The notes under the pieces are model-generated. The model ran no database searches. It worked only from the letters and a program-made list of their open reading frames with translations, and had not been told where the DNA came from. A DNA stretch of 56,640 nucleotides, counting the filler, from Catajapyx aquilonaris (lineage: Eukaryota), in NCBI GenBank assembly GCA_000934665.2. It is 2 parts of 2 records of this genome, joined end to end, with 100 filler letters (N's around TTAATTAATTAA, not from the genome) between each part and the next. Parts side by side here need not be neighbours in the genome. Positions count along the whole stretch, not along the records: positions 28,363 to 56,640 come from JYFJ02004940.1; 1 more part is not named here. The stretch is one strand, 5' to 3'. Below are positions 34,801 to 49,800 of this stretch, piece by piece. Numbering within the stretch: the stretch's first letter is position 1; each line of letters starts with the position of its first letter. The translations under genes were made by a program, and so were the position numbers.

Positions 34801-37800
34801 GGGGAGATCAAAGGATCTCTTGTGTGATTAATGTTGGGGTGTAATAAATTAATTTTTATTAGAAGTTGTTCCTATTAATGTTAGATGTTAAAGTGAAACT
34901 CAGTTTTTAAATATCTGTTCTAAGAATAATGAAAATCTGGGGTTGCAAGTTAAGAATTAGCAATTTTAACATGCTTGAAATGGCCACAGAATGTGCCAGG
35001 AGACTGCCAGAATTTTGCTATATTAATTTTTATGGCAATGGTAAATTATGGCTAATTTTTTGAGTAGCAAGTTGTTCATTTACAATGAATGGTTGTTGAA
35101 CAACATGGCAACTTCTCAAATTGGGAATGACAATGGGGATCATGCATATGTGTCCTTTAAATTTCATAATAATGACTGCGAACAATGTGACTTAAAAAAT
35201 TGGCTGTCAGATGTAATTTCACAAAAATTAACGCTAAAATTTTTCCAGTTCCTGGCACCTTCGGTGGCCATTGAACATGCTAAAAAAATTGCAAATTCTG
35301 AACTTTCAATCCAAGATTTCACTACTCAAACATCTCGTGTGTTACCCTTGGAAATCATTTAAAAGAAGATAGTGGTTCAAAGAGGTTACAATTACACAAG
35401 TCAACTAACTACATCATATCACAGAAAGTGCATGTAAGCATATGAATTACCCATGCTCCAGGAAACCCAAGCACATCACCAAAAAGATACACAAACACAC
35501 CACATTGCACATGCACAAACACAACACATTGCACATTGACAGGGGAAGCATCAACAGTCAGTAACCTGTCTCACGACGTAAAAGGGTGTCTCTTGGCTCT
35601 GCCTTGCTGTGCCAGAGGTTGAAGATGGCTGCAACTCAATCCGCAACGGGCGCGACTGAATTGCAGTATGTTGCTGCAACACCACGGCTGGCCGTGTCTG
35701 CTGGACAGTAGCAGCTCGCTGCACTTGGACAGCAGTAGGAGCTCGCTGCAGTTGCACAGTCGTAGCTTGCAGTGGCTGGACAGTGGTAGCTCGTACTGGC
35801 TGGACAGTAGCAGCTCGCAGTGTCTGGACAGTGGCAGCTCGCGGTGGCTGGACAGTGGTTGCTTGTTGTGGTTGGACAGTGGTAGCTGGTTGCTTCGGAG
35901 CAGCATTAATTTCCTGCCTCCCTGTACTTTCAGTCAAAGCAAACGTAACTTTGGCTGCTTGACCTGGTTGAACTGAAATTGAGTGAGGGAAAGGCTATGT
36001 TAGTGTCCACATGTCCAGTGAAACTGGCTAATACACACCTCTTGACAAGTATTGCTTCAATTGGGCTTGCAACGCTGTCAACTGTTGTGCTGTAAGTTCA
36101 GTGGCGCAGGGGCCAGAAAGGATAACACGGGGTCCTTGTGGGGTCTGAACTGCCTGGGCTGTGATCAGTCGCACTGCAGGCTGGTTTGCGGATGTAGGCT
36201 GCAAAATAATTCATTATGATAAAAATGAAATGAAAAGAAAACCCCTTACATCCCACAGGAGGATGGACAAGTCAATATGAATCTTTCTTGGGCCTTATTG
36301 ATAAATAATTGATTATATATTTATGGAAAGGGGTCTCAAATTGGTGTAATGTGTAAACTATCCTAAAACTAGAACCTTCATTTGGCTGGAAAAGTGGAAA
36401 TATTTTATATCTGACAGCAATGAATTTCTCTCACTTCCAGTTACTCTTCTTCCAGCTGAAAAAATATTCCTGGTAGCACTGAAACTGGCATGTTTAAAAG
36501 TACTGAAGTTCCTAGTCACAAAATCATGTAAACATGTCAATTGAATTTGTTCTAGTCAAAAACAAAAAGATCTGAATGACTTCATTATCAGCCCCAATGG
36601 TATCTCCCCTTCATGTGGTCGTGAGGTTTGTATGCTCTGAAAATATTGAGTTATGCCAATAGTGATACACCTGCAAAATATGCAGTTACAACTGTATCTG
36701 CCCTGGAACTTGTTCCTGATGCTGTTACTGCTAAGACAGAAAATCCCTGCTTGCTGACTCCTTATGGATCTGTAAGACTAATACACTTCAACAGGAAATA
36801 GAGCATAATAAATGCTACTGGATAAATAATTGAATCCACAGTTGAATACTGCCAAAATTGAACTGAGTGGATATCACATGTATTCCCGCAATATGTGGTC
36901 CTGCTGCTCGAAAATTGCAAACTATGAGAGAAAGGGGCCATTGCCATTTTAGGTGGCTTCACCAGGTATTCTCTTTACCCTTTGGGTGCCGCCCGCATGA
37001 CTTATCAAGCGTCCCGGCATGACACAATCATGGAAAAATATTCAATATCTCACCAACGCCACTTGTTAGCCCCATGCTGCCTGTATCATTCGAACTGCAT
37101 TGAATGGCTGTTCCCGCCAGATCTACTGTGCTGCTCCCACAGTCTAGGCTGTGTGTAGCGTAACAGCTACAACTATTACTAGGCATCTACTCGGGGGTCA
37201 GGAAAAAACGTAGCAGTGAAGTATCATGGGGTATTACAAACAAACAGATGCACTAACTTCAACTGTCCATTTTGCCATGGCCCATAGCAATCTCAGATAT
37301 ACCAGGCCGATTCAAATGAATGTGAGCTGGTTAACCAAACATGGATACGTTGTGAATGAATTAAGGAACTCTAATTTTACATCTTTGACATCTCATCTAC
37401 CCACAGATCAAAGAATCACTCCTAGACTTTGTCACAGTATTCTGGGACAGTTTAGTCAAGAGAAAAAAGCTCAAACAACAACAAAACATGAATACTACTA
37501 CTCTATGAAAGCTATAAAAGAAATGTTATATGTAGTGAGTAGCCATATTTATAATTAAATGTATATTATAATCACACTCCATGTTTGATACTACATGATA
37601 ACAATGTCCTAAACTCCCCTCTGACTGCAAAAATACAAGCATGTGGTGACATTTCCTCACTGATCTAGCATTAGCCGATATGGCAAATAACTAGCAAAGG
37701 AAGATCCTGACCTCTTTGTATTGTTGCAGTATTGCTTCACCATTTGAGGGGTCTCAGATCAAAGGCGGCTAAGTAAAAAAAAAAAAACGGGTCGTAAAAT

Positions 37801-40800
37801 GAGCAAAAACTGCTGATTACTTAACTTCACTGGTACAATCTTGAAACCTTTTGCGTCCATATGTTGCCACGACTCAGCTACATACGCAAATGTGCAATTA
37901 ATACCCAATGACATTAAAATACATTGTTGCTGGACGTATTTGTGTTTCACCCCACAAAAATGTACTTTGCCGCCTTTGAACTGAGACCCCTCATTTACAA
38001 CATGCACCAGTGTATTGCAATGAACTCCTCTCCAATACGACTTGCAATTTGTATCATCATTTTCCACCTCAACTACAGCCCCTCCGTACATGACACCTAC
38101 AACCCAACACAGCTTAAACAAACCAGTCCCATTTCAGGGACTCATTTTCACTGCCCCTCGGTGACAATAGTAATGGTAACACAAATGAACAGCCTGAAAC
38201 ATAATATTATGCACTATATTCATTATCCAGCATTTTGGATGATGCCATTACAATGCAGTACTTTTTAACGCCAAATCAGAATTGGTACAAATTTACAAGG
38301 TTTTTGTGGTTATTGTTGTCATCGTTGTTGGAGCTATAGTTCAGAGTGAAACCTGTCAAGGTATTCCTTGTATATACCTGGGCGGCTGGGGTGGCCTCCT
38401 GCAGTTGGCTTGCAGTTGATTCAACAACAGCGCTGGTCACTACCTTCCCTGCAGCACCCTTCCCAGATGGATCCCTGATATTTGCAATGGGAGTGCTGAC
38501 TGAGGCAAGGGCACTGGGTGCTTGTACTTTAGCAGCTGATGTGACCCGAGGCTGCAGGGAAACACTCACACCAGCTGAAGTAGATGGTGTGCTGGGCAAG
38601 GTTGCCAGAATCTGAGAGCTACCAACAGGCACCCCTTCTTGCCTGCGTATGATCAACTGCTGTGCCCCAACGATTGTAAACTGAGCCTTGCCTGATGCCA
38701 ACTGCTGAGCAAGGTTTCCAGATATGGTTACAGGCGTCATTCCCACCTGTGGGCACATCATAATCTCAGAACAATTCACACATAAGGTATCCCAAATGTC
38801 AGCTGAGGTCCTTACAAGTGGAAATCTTGTACACTCCTAACTCTAGCTGATACCATTGCATAAGATATCCTTACACTGCATGTGTGGTATAAGAAATATT
38901 ACCTAGGCTTTCACTCAGGCTGCCACCTTAAGTCAGGAACATACACAAGATTTCCACAGATAAATATATGAGATGACTTTATATTAGGAGTGTATCATTA
39001 TCTTGCAATTACAATTAAAATTCCTGCACTTTCACACCTCTTTGCAGCACTTTGGAATTCGAAAAAAAATTCCACAACCATATCTAAGTTGACTGCCACT
39101 TTCTTGCAACTGGATTTCAATTTTCTAATTCTCACAAGGGAAGGTCACAGGGTGATAATGATGGATCTTGATGAAATTTAACATGCTAATACAGGACAAT
39201 ATGTGATACCCAAAAATGAAATATTTCATGCGGAGGCCCATATTTCCAAAAGTTATGACGTCTTAAAGTTTCAAAAAAACCATTTTCATTGAGTTCATAA
39301 TGGGATTACATTAGCGACCACATATAAGACCACATTGAAGTGTGTAATCAGTTTCTACACTTTGTCTCATCGAAAAAAAAGTCCTACATAACGGCTCTGT
39401 ATATCTTACGGTTTAGGCCTTGATACCTGTCCACAGACGGACGGGCGGACGGACAGAGCCGTTCTGTAGGACTTTTTTCCGATGAGAAAAAGTGTAGAAA
39501 CTGATTACACACTTCAATGTCATTATACGTGGTCGCTAATGTAATCCCATTATGAATGAAAATGTATTATTTTTGGAACTTTATGACGTCATAACTTTTG
39601 CAAATATGGGCCTCCGCACGAAATATTTCATTTTTGGGCATCATATATTGTCCTGTATTAGCAAGTTAAATTTCATCAAGATCCGTCATTATCACCCCAT
39701 GACCTTCCCTTGTCAGTATTATGTTACTCTATTTCTCAAAAAGATGGACACAATTTTGCATTTGGTTTCAATGCAAAATAACTCCATCTTCTTGAACAAT
39801 AGAGGTACCATATGCACAAATATCTTACACTGACATTCTCCAAGAGAGTGCAGGCCTCAGATATTCTTTACACTTGGTAGTGAAGTAGTCTGTCAATTCT
39901 CAATAATGACTAGCTGCTCAACTTAACCCTATGACGGTGACGTACGAAAAGTTCTTCCTCCGGTGACGTGGGCACTTTTTGTGACATGTCACATTTTCAG
40001 TTATAACATGGGATATAGAGCACATTTGGCCTTTTCTTTCAGACAATATATGGCTTGATTCCTTTTGCGATAAATGGCATTTAGTTTGCATTTTTTGAGC
40101 AAACAGCACGATCATAAAAAATAAATTGTGCACTGATGAGTAGCTGAGGCAAAATTGTGCCCGCAGCACCGATGCCAGACCTGTTTACTTTTGAGAGCCC
40201 ACTATCAGTTCCAGACTTTGCGGGGTCGTTCCCCTAATTTTTGAAGTCACAGGAAGGCTGGCAACTTGGGTTTTCCACATGTTCATGAATCACTACCGAT
40301 AAGCTCAGGTCCTCCTCAGTAAGTCAGCTGTGAATCATTCTTGGAATGCAGTCTTGGCCCTCTTGGCTCCAACTACACACATTAGTGCATAATTTATTTT
40401 TCCCTGGTTGTGCTATTTGCTCAAAAGATTTAAGCTAAACGCCATTAATCGCGGAAGGAATCGAATGAAGATGTCCGCAAATGTGAAGCCCATAGGTGCT
40501 ATACAGGGTGTTAATGAATTCAACCGACAAACTTCTAGGGGTGATAGAGAGGACCAAGACAAACATTTTTGACATAGGAAACCGTGTCTGGAAACGCCAT
40601 CTAGAGGGGGTTCATAGACAAGGAACGGGTGCGCTCAGACGCGTCACGCGTGAGGCGCTAGGCGAGCGGACTGTTTTGTTGATAGATGGCGCTCAGATAG
40701 TAACCAACAATGCGATGTGCCATAAAGTGGCAACAACAGAGTCATCTAGCAACTAAAGTCTGCCTCCTAGGAGACGCGCGGATAGTCAATAGCGTTTCTG

Positions 40801-43800
40801 TTGTTGCCAGGTTATGGCGTATCGTGTTGTTGTTTTCTTGCAACGACGCGATACGCCATAACCTGGCAACAACTGCGCGCCATCTATCAACAAAACAGTC
40901 CACTCGACTTGCGCCTCACGCGTGACGCGTCTGAGCGCACCCGTTCCTTGTCTATGAACCCCCTCTAGATGGCATTTCCGAACATGGTTTCCTATGTCAA
41001 AAATGTTTGTCTTGGTCCCCTCTATCACCCCTAGAAGTTTGTCGGTTGAATTCATTAACACCCTGTATTTTCAATGATATAGCAAAACTAGTGGCCTTGG
41101 TCACAAAAAATGCCCACGTCACCATCCGAGGGTTAAAGGTGGCACAGTGGTCTACTATCCATTTATTTAATATAGGCCCCTGTGTTTGATTCGAAACAAC
41201 TCACAGCTAATGATCCAAAAAATTAATGTTATATATCGTTGAAAAGCTTGTTTAAATCCACGCTACATATATATGAGTTGTTTTCCTATCAAGAGTGTGT
41301 AATTTTTTATTGCAAGAAGGCAGCAGAAAGGTATCAATTTTTGACTAGTTGACGATGTTACGCCGAAAAATGTTTTTTTTTGACACTTCTCGGAGGCCAA
41401 AAAAATCCCCCCCGTGAACCATGGATAGTGCAAATCTTAGTCTATCTAATGTGTTATATTTGAAACTTGGAAATCTCCATTTGTGTAATCATAACTAAGT
41501 TAATTGCACACCTGTTATCTCCGCCGTTCCGCATCCAAATTACTTCGCGAATGTAACGACTGAAAGCCCAAAATGTGCATGATGAAATTAAACCGTGCTC
41601 TATTATACTAAAAATATAAAAGTATTGGTTTATGAAGTTTAATAGGCAAGTACCCAGCCTGGTTTCTGGCGGGAATACACAGTGATACTTTTAAATACTT
41701 TCAAACATTTTAGTGTAATAGCAGACGGCGTAACGTTGGCAACTAGTCAAAAAAAATGACATCTTTCCGCCTTCTTCGCATGATAAAAAATTACACACTC
41801 ATGATAGAAAAACAACTCAAATATATGTAACGTGGATTTAAACAAGCTTTCCAACGATAACATTAATTTTTTGGATCCTTTGCCTGGGTGTTGTTTAGAA
41901 TCAAACACAGGGGCCTATATTAAATAAATGGATAGGAGTGGTTTTGCCACTGGCCAGCCAAGCAGAAGATCCAGGTTCAAATCCTGCCTCTGTCACATAT
42001 ACTTGGTCAGGCCTTTGTGCATGTTTCACCTGACTGTGTCTAGGAAGATTTGCACCCCCTTCTCTGTCCAGGCCCAAGTCAGTTGAGTGCAGTTAAAGGA
42101 AGGGTTCAGTGATTTTGCATGTTGGGCTTCAAAAATCAAGCAGGACTCCCTGATTCTGAATATCAGGTCCATTTTGGTAGCAAATGCACCATAAGCGTAA
42201 AATTTCAGATCAAAGTTTTTTTTTTCTCTTTTTCTTTTTTAAAATCATCGCCTACCATGGGTTCCCTCTAGCGGCAAGGATGGAAGCTCTAAGCACGAGA
42301 AAAGATGGCTGCCCCAATGGCGACAAACCACATCCAAGCCAGGTTTTGTATTTTCGACCCGAGCGGAACCCGCCCCAGGTGTCAAGGGCACGGGGGCCAA
42401 GGGAAGGCAAAGGAGGATGAGAATGGCAGGGTAGGGCAGAGGGAGGATGAGTGAATCGGAACATGCGGCCGAGTGATGCCCACGGCGGGGGTACTTCCGT
42501 ACCAGTTCTAGACTTACCAAGACGGGTAGTGTCGCGAGGTATAATCCGGAGAGAGACGAAGAATACACATTGCCCACATCTTGGCCGCATGAGATGACGT
42601 CGGAGGGAGGGCCAAGTGATCCATCCACTTCCTAGTTCATAAATTGTCTTTGCAGCCAAGCCAATCTTGGCCCATGCAGATTACCGGGATTTCCGCGGGA
42701 GGCGCTAGCTGGACGATTATTGTATCGAATACAGTAGCGGTTTCGACTTTCACCTAACGGCATTTGCTTACGCGGCGTCCGATATAAAACCGACCTAATT
42801 TTTGTAATCAGGGAGTCTTCCTTGATCTTTGTAGCCCAACATGGAAAATCACTGAACTCTTCCTTTAAGAGACACTCCAATGGTTTTTGTACTGTAACCT
42901 TAGGCCAACAGATGGCAACACGTTCCCGATTTTGGCATCGCTGTTGGCTTTTTTTTGCTTTTCCAGATTTTGGCAAAGCTGCAGACACTTAATATTACAT
43001 CACACATTAAATCTTCATAATACGGCATGCAAAGAAAGAGATATGGCATACCTGTGATCCTGCAGTGACCACTTGTGTAGATGGAACCGCCAATTGCCCA
43101 TTGCTGACTACTACTTGACTGGATGGCACCACCTGTGTTCCACTGGCTACCATTGTTGTGGATTGAGACACTATCTTCTGCACAACAGATGTCGAGGCAC
43201 CACAACCACGTGGTTGAAGCACCAGTGTTGTTCCTGGCTGACCCATGGTCCGTACCTGTCCAGCCACAGTCATTGGTTTCCCATTATACAACACTGTTCC
43301 AGAACTCATTCTTGGGAGTGCTGTTGACACAGGCAGAGTGATTGCACTTGATGTTGCGATACTCTGCAGAGCTGACTTAGCAATAATCGGCGTTTGCACT
43401 GACGCCACCACAGGGACACCTACTACTGCAGGTGCAGAGTTCAACACGTTGACCTGCTGTACAGGTGTCTGTGGCGTTGGTGCCAATGGCTTTTGAACTG
43501 CCTGTTGAGGTGTCTGTAACTTTGTAGTTGTAGTGATAATATGGTACTTTCCATCATGACCATGGACTAATTGTTGCCCTGTGTAAAACAAATGTGTTAG
43601 CATTGTTCGTGTTTACAATTGGAATGACAACAAAGATGACCTTACCTGGCATCAAACCCGTAACATGCAGATTGCCATCTGGTCCCTTGACAACTTGAAT
43701 GCCTTGCTGCCCTGATGATGATCCAGCTGAAATGTTTAAAAAACAAAATTTAACACTCCACATCAAGAGTGAGCTGGTTGAGTATATCCAGTTTCAAGTC

Positions 43801-46800
43801 ACCTTGTAATAAAGAAGACCCAGCAGATGCTTGGCCTTGTGTTGGAATTCGAATAATAGCTTGCTGGAGACCTGTAGACATGCGAGTCCCTTGGGAAGTT
43901 GACGTAACCATTGTTGGTGTTGTAACTACTGTTGAAGTAGTTATTTTTGGGAGAATACTTGCTGGTGTGGATACAATTGTTCCATCTACATGGAGTAGTG
44001 TGTGAATTCAACAGCCTTGCCAATTGGGTGCTATATAACATTGTACACACCTTTAGCTAGAATTATCCTCCTCGTTGGTAATGGTTTCCCTCCAGCTTGT
44101 GGAGTTGCTGCCAAAAGGGAAGCCACAACCTTCCCTCCAGCAACACTAGCATTTACTGCAGTTGCAGGAATTGACACTTTTGTAACTCCCCGTGTTGATG
44201 TACCTGCACGATTTGATGCAAAGGTATTCATACATTTACCCTGAGTTCCAGAACATTAAAAAAAGGGAGGGGCCTCTTGATATTATATCATGCAAGAGTA
44301 CAATTCATTGCCTAAATTTATGCTTACATTGGTGACAAGAATGGCTTATGCCTTGTTTTATATCATTAAATCCATCTCAAAAGTACATCTACATTGCTTT
44401 CATCCTCATTGACTGTGACGCTAATGAATACTGATTGTGGGAGGAAACTGGATAGCACTTAGAAAACCCATGCAAACCAGAGTGGAGAGAAGCCAGCAAA
44501 AAGCTTTCAGCATGAGAAAGTGACCTCCACCCAATCCTGAGATCAACCCTGAGACCTCAGAAGGGAAGGGCTCTGCCACTAACCACAAGAGTGACACCAG
44601 GGAGCATATACTATATAAGAGGCGGAAACATTCCATTCAAGCGTCTCTCTGTTTGGGGCGTTGCCATGGGTCACTAAGGCTGGCGGCCATTTTGAAAATG
44701 AGTTCACACCAACGATGTATAAATTAGTGCTTCAACATCTATCCGGATTCCCGGACTGTCTGGTATCCGGATATCCGAGCCTGTTTCGGTTCCCTCTTCC
44801 CAGATCCGCACTATCCGGATAGTGTCAGACGGTCCGGATAGTCAGAGTTTCAGATCCGGTCCGGAGAGTCCTAGTTTCGGATCCGGTCCGAGACACTTTG
44901 TACCCATCGGGATCCGAGGATCAGGATCGAACGTTTGTTGTGAGAAATGAGCATATTTTATTCGCATAATTAAAAACGCATTTATTGGAGGCAGGTAAAA
45001 ACCTCCAGTCAAATGGGCCTTCCCAAAGGCCTAGTGTATCTCAATCCCGGGTTTCTCATTTTTTTTTTTCATGTGTGGGCTTGGGATTGTAGGGTTTATT
45101 TCTATGAAATAAGTCAAATAAATTCGATTACGTCTAGGTAACGCTGCACTTTCTTTCACCGGTATTATGGAAGCTATAATAGTCTTCATTTCATAATGTA
45201 TGTTGTGAATGTAATATTGAAATCATTGACATTTCTCTAACTGAAGAAGAGACTGTTCATGTATGAACTCTTTTTATTACCCTACACCCACGATACGGAA
45301 CCCAAGATCCAGATAGTTACAAAGTTTCGGATCTGAAACCCAGACTACCCGGACCGGAACCGAAACTCGGACTATCCGGACCGTCCGACACTATCCGAAT
45401 AGTGCGGATCTGGGAAGAGGGTTCGGATATCCAGATACCGGACAGTCCGGATATGTAGAGGCACTAGTATAAATAGGGTACAGGCAGGCTGTAAAGGTCA
45501 GCCATCTTTGATGGTTTTGGTGGCCATGACACTTCATGCAAGGCTACTTCTACACCAGGTTTCGCAGCCTAATGTAAATTGCTTGGCACAAAAATCTGGC
45601 ACGCCGACAGATGGCTCTGTACGCAGCCACAGGGGGAGCTGTGAATACAGTACAGGTGTTTCATATAGGATAGGGCGTGACATGATTCTCATAATCGTAC
45701 ATATAATGGTGATCAGACGTCCCAGATTTTCCGGGACTGTCCAGAATTTTCACCCATTGTCCCGGATTCTTTCAGGGGTCATGTGGCATACCAATTTGTC
45801 CCGGATTACGCCAAATTGTCACAGTTATAGCAGGGTTATGTTAGTATGCAGTAGTATATGACTGTAAGAGTAAAAAAATTTGATTACTCTCCGGTCAGCC
45901 AGCAACTTGAATGATGTATCTGGGAAGGCCCAAACCAGTATGACATCTCATTACAGTGGCAAAAATAAATAGTTATAATAGTACACCTGCAATAAGAGCC
46001 CATGGCCCTAATTAACGGGGTATGGAAAATAAAAATAAATAAATAAAATAAAAAAAGTACACCTGCGATGGTCTCCATCATCACCGACCGATCACCTCTT
46101 TAGTCCGGGCAGATTTGGTCAAAAAATCAGTTCCGCTCATATTGCGTGTTAATTATGATCTGTTTGTTGGAAGTTGTTAAGCATAATGAGAAGTTTCAAA
46201 ATCGACTTGTCGCCATTTCCCACCCGGCATATTACGGCCGCCATCTTGGAAAAATGGCGGAAAAAACAGGGTTCTCTCTTTTATCTTTTTAACAGTTCAT
46301 TTTCTGAAAAATAATTAGACATTAAACATGACGGTAATTATATGTCGCATCGAAGAGTACTCTATCAATATTATGATAACTGTAACCGTTCAGCCAGAAT
46401 CGAGCGGACAATGTCCATTACTACCATCGCCTGGATTAGCGCGGGAAGAATTGTTCAAAAATTCTGTGCCGCTGTAATTTTAATGATAAATTTGATCTGT
46501 TTGTGGGAAGTTGTTAAGGACAATAAGAAGTTGCAAAATCAACTTGTCGCCATGATTTTAGCTACCTATTACAACCGCCATCTTGGAAAAATGTCGGCAA
46601 AAACAGCTATTTTTGCTTTATTTTTTGAACAGTTAATATTATGAAAAGACAACTAAAACAAAAGTTAAAAAGCATGAGATTTACAGTAAATTTGTACTTA
46701 TCAATGTTTTCATAAGTGTAACTGTTCAGCTGAAATTCATGATTTAAGATTTTTCCTGTCACAGATTTCTAGTAGAGCATAAGAAACATATTTTAAATGG

Positions 46801-49800
46801 TGTAATACATATTTCAAGTTATAAGTTGCTTTCTGCTGACTATTAGGAACTTATCAACGGAACAACTTGGTTGTTTGCTGGTCACACACTTTAATTTTTT
46901 TAAATGTCAATATACACTCGTAAATGGACCTGATATTTATTGCGCAGGGCAATGATTCTTGTGTTACAAAACTTTAACTTGTTCCTCAGACATCGATGTA
47001 AGCAATTCAGTTTCATTATAATCATTTTTGTTGATAATATCGTTTACAAGAAATCTGATACATAGACTACTGTACTGTATACAGTAGGCTATACTAGTTA
47101 TATCCTGTGTGCAGGAGTCCTCCTTGTCAATGTCTACACTGGGTTTCTCCTGAGAAAAACTGCAGCGAAGCTGTATCAAGAACAACATCATTTTCACTGA
47201 ACTTGCTGGTGTTCTGATCATTACTGTGTTAATCAGCAGAAACCCAATACACAATGCAGATACGGACGATGAGGACGTCTGTATGCAGGATAGAACTACT
47301 GCATAGCCTACTATACAGTAGGCCTATGTATATTATCTATTATGAAGTGTACACTGTTATGATTATAAAAGTGAGTTTCTTACATCGATGTTTGAGGTCG
47401 GAACACTGGGAACAAGTTAAGTTTTGTAACACAAGAATTATTGCCTGGCGCAATAAATATCAGGTCCATTTACGAGTGTATATAGTGACATTTTTATTAT
47501 TATTAAAGTGTGTGACCAGCAAACAACCAAGTTGTTCTGTTAACTTTTGAGATCAATTTTCATGCGTTGCCTAATAGTCAGCAGAAAGCAATTCATAACC
47601 TGGAATATGTATTACACCATTTTAAAATATGTTTCTTATGCTCTACAGTGGTTCCCAACCGGGGGGCGTGAGGCCATGAGAAATAAGTAATATGATGTAA
47701 CATGGCTCTTCTGTCGTTTCCTATCGACATGTTTGCATTCCTCAGTTATAAAAATATATTTCAAGAAACTCTTACTGGAATTTATTGGGGCCGGGGGTGN
47801 GGGGGGGGGCGTGAGTGTTTGCCGGTGGAAACGAAAAGGGGGGCTTCATGACGAAAAGGTTGGGAACCACTGCTCTACTAGAAATCCTGTGATAGGAAAA
47901 ATCTTAAATCATGAATTTCAGCTGAACAGTTACACTTATGAAAACATTGATAAGTACAAATTTACTGTAAATATCATGCTCTTTAACTTTTGCTTTAGTT
48001 GTCTTTTCATAATATTAACTGTTCAAAAAATAAAGCAAAAATAGCTGTTTTTGCCGACATTTTTCCAAGATGGCGGTTGTAATAGGTAGCTAAAATCATG
48101 GCGACAAGTTGATTTTGCAACTTCTTATTGTCCTTAACAACTTCCCACAAACAGATCAAATTTATCATTAAAATTACAGCGGCACAGAATTTTTGAACAA
48201 TTCTTCCCGCGCTAATCCAGGCGAAGGTAGTAATGGACATTGTCCGCTCGATTCTGTCTGAACGGTTACAGTTATCATAATATTGATAGAGTACTCTTCG
48301 ATGCGACATATAATTACCGTCATGTTTAATGTCTAATTATTTTTCAGAAAATGAACGGTTAAAAAGATAAAAGAGAAAACCCTGTTTTTTCCGCCATTTT
48401 TCCAAGATGGCGGCCGTAATATGCCGGGTGGGAAATGGCGACAAGTCGATTTTGAAACTTCTCATTATTCTTAACAACTTCCAACAAACAGATCAAAATT
48501 AACAAGCAATATGTGCGAAAATACAAATCTGCCTGGACTACTTATTGTTTGCTCCCCTAATAATAAGGTCCGATAATATCATGGGAGATCCATTATTATT
48601 ATTATCGGGGTTGTGAACCAAACCGAACCCTTGCTCCGTGAACCCGATAACATCGAACCCGCTCCGGAGCAGTAGAGTCGGAGTCCGGAGCGAGCGTCGG
48701 AACGGGGACGGGTTCAAGCCGGTTCCGGAGTTGAGTGGAGCCAAGGTCGGAGCGAGTCCGGAGCGAGCGCCGGAACGGGGTTCGGGTTCAAGCCGGTTCA
48801 GGAGAAGAGTGGAGTGAAGGTCGGAGCGGATCCGGAGTGAGCGCCGGAACGGGGTTCGAGTTCAAGCCGGTTCAGGGGAAGAGTGGAGCGAAGGTCGGAG
48901 CGGACCCGGAGCGAACGGCTCTGGAGTTGAACCCGGTTCAGGAGCGGGGTTCGGAGCGGGGTTCGGAGCGGGGTTCGGAGCGGGGTTCGGAGCGGGGTTC
49001 GGAGCGGGGTTCGGAGCGGTTCAAAGCTTGGTTAGGTACAAAATACCAACCCAACAGGGGGAAAGGCAGTAAAACCGATGGATTTACTCCAGAGTATGCA
49101 TCATGTTTTCATGGTGGGAGAATGACATTTCCAAGCACCCGCGATACAGGGTGTACCGCAAATGTCACATTTTCATGTCATGCGCATTTTTGTATGTTAC
49201 AATATGTCATGCGCATTTTTGTATGCCACAATATCTCATACCCATTTTTTGTCTGCTATAATAAACCAAGTCTGTTATAGCTAAATACACAGGCCATAGA
49301 GTACGTAAGTATGGCAGGACCAGTCTGCTATAACCAAGGATCTGTTGTAGCCGAGGATGTTATATCCAGATTCAACACATACATATTTAGAATGCAAATA
49401 TTCAATGAAAACGTAAGCATATGCATAGCCGTGAGCGGCCGTTTCCCCCCGCAGCTGGCATCAGCGCCTCGAGCGGCGGGCAATGGAAGCGTGCCAAGAG
49501 GCCCCATAAGGAGCCCTTCTGACTGGAGAACCTGGTGTAATAATTCATGGCAAGAACACATGCGAATTTGAATATTTTTGCCGTATGAGCTCCTTTAATA
49601 CACTTTTCTCCTTATTAATTCCGTAAGTACAGCACAAAAATTCAAATTTGCGGGGGGCGGGAAGGTGGTCTAGCGGTTACGCCGCTGGCCAGCCAAGCGG
49701 GAGGCCGGGGTTCGAATCCCGTCCCCGTCACCTCTGCTTGGCCGGGTCTTTTTCCGCTCTTCACCCGACATGCCGGAGCAGAATTGCACTCCCTTCTCTG

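Noticed and set aside
46342..48309. Two near-identical 100-aa ORFs in opposite orientation (MSHRRVLYQ...)
   Set aside because: They are the two arms of a foldback transposon and have no recognisable protein motif
48735..49280. 181-aa ORF with RGSE repeats
   Set aside because: Translation of a stop-free 12-bp minisatellite within a transposon nest
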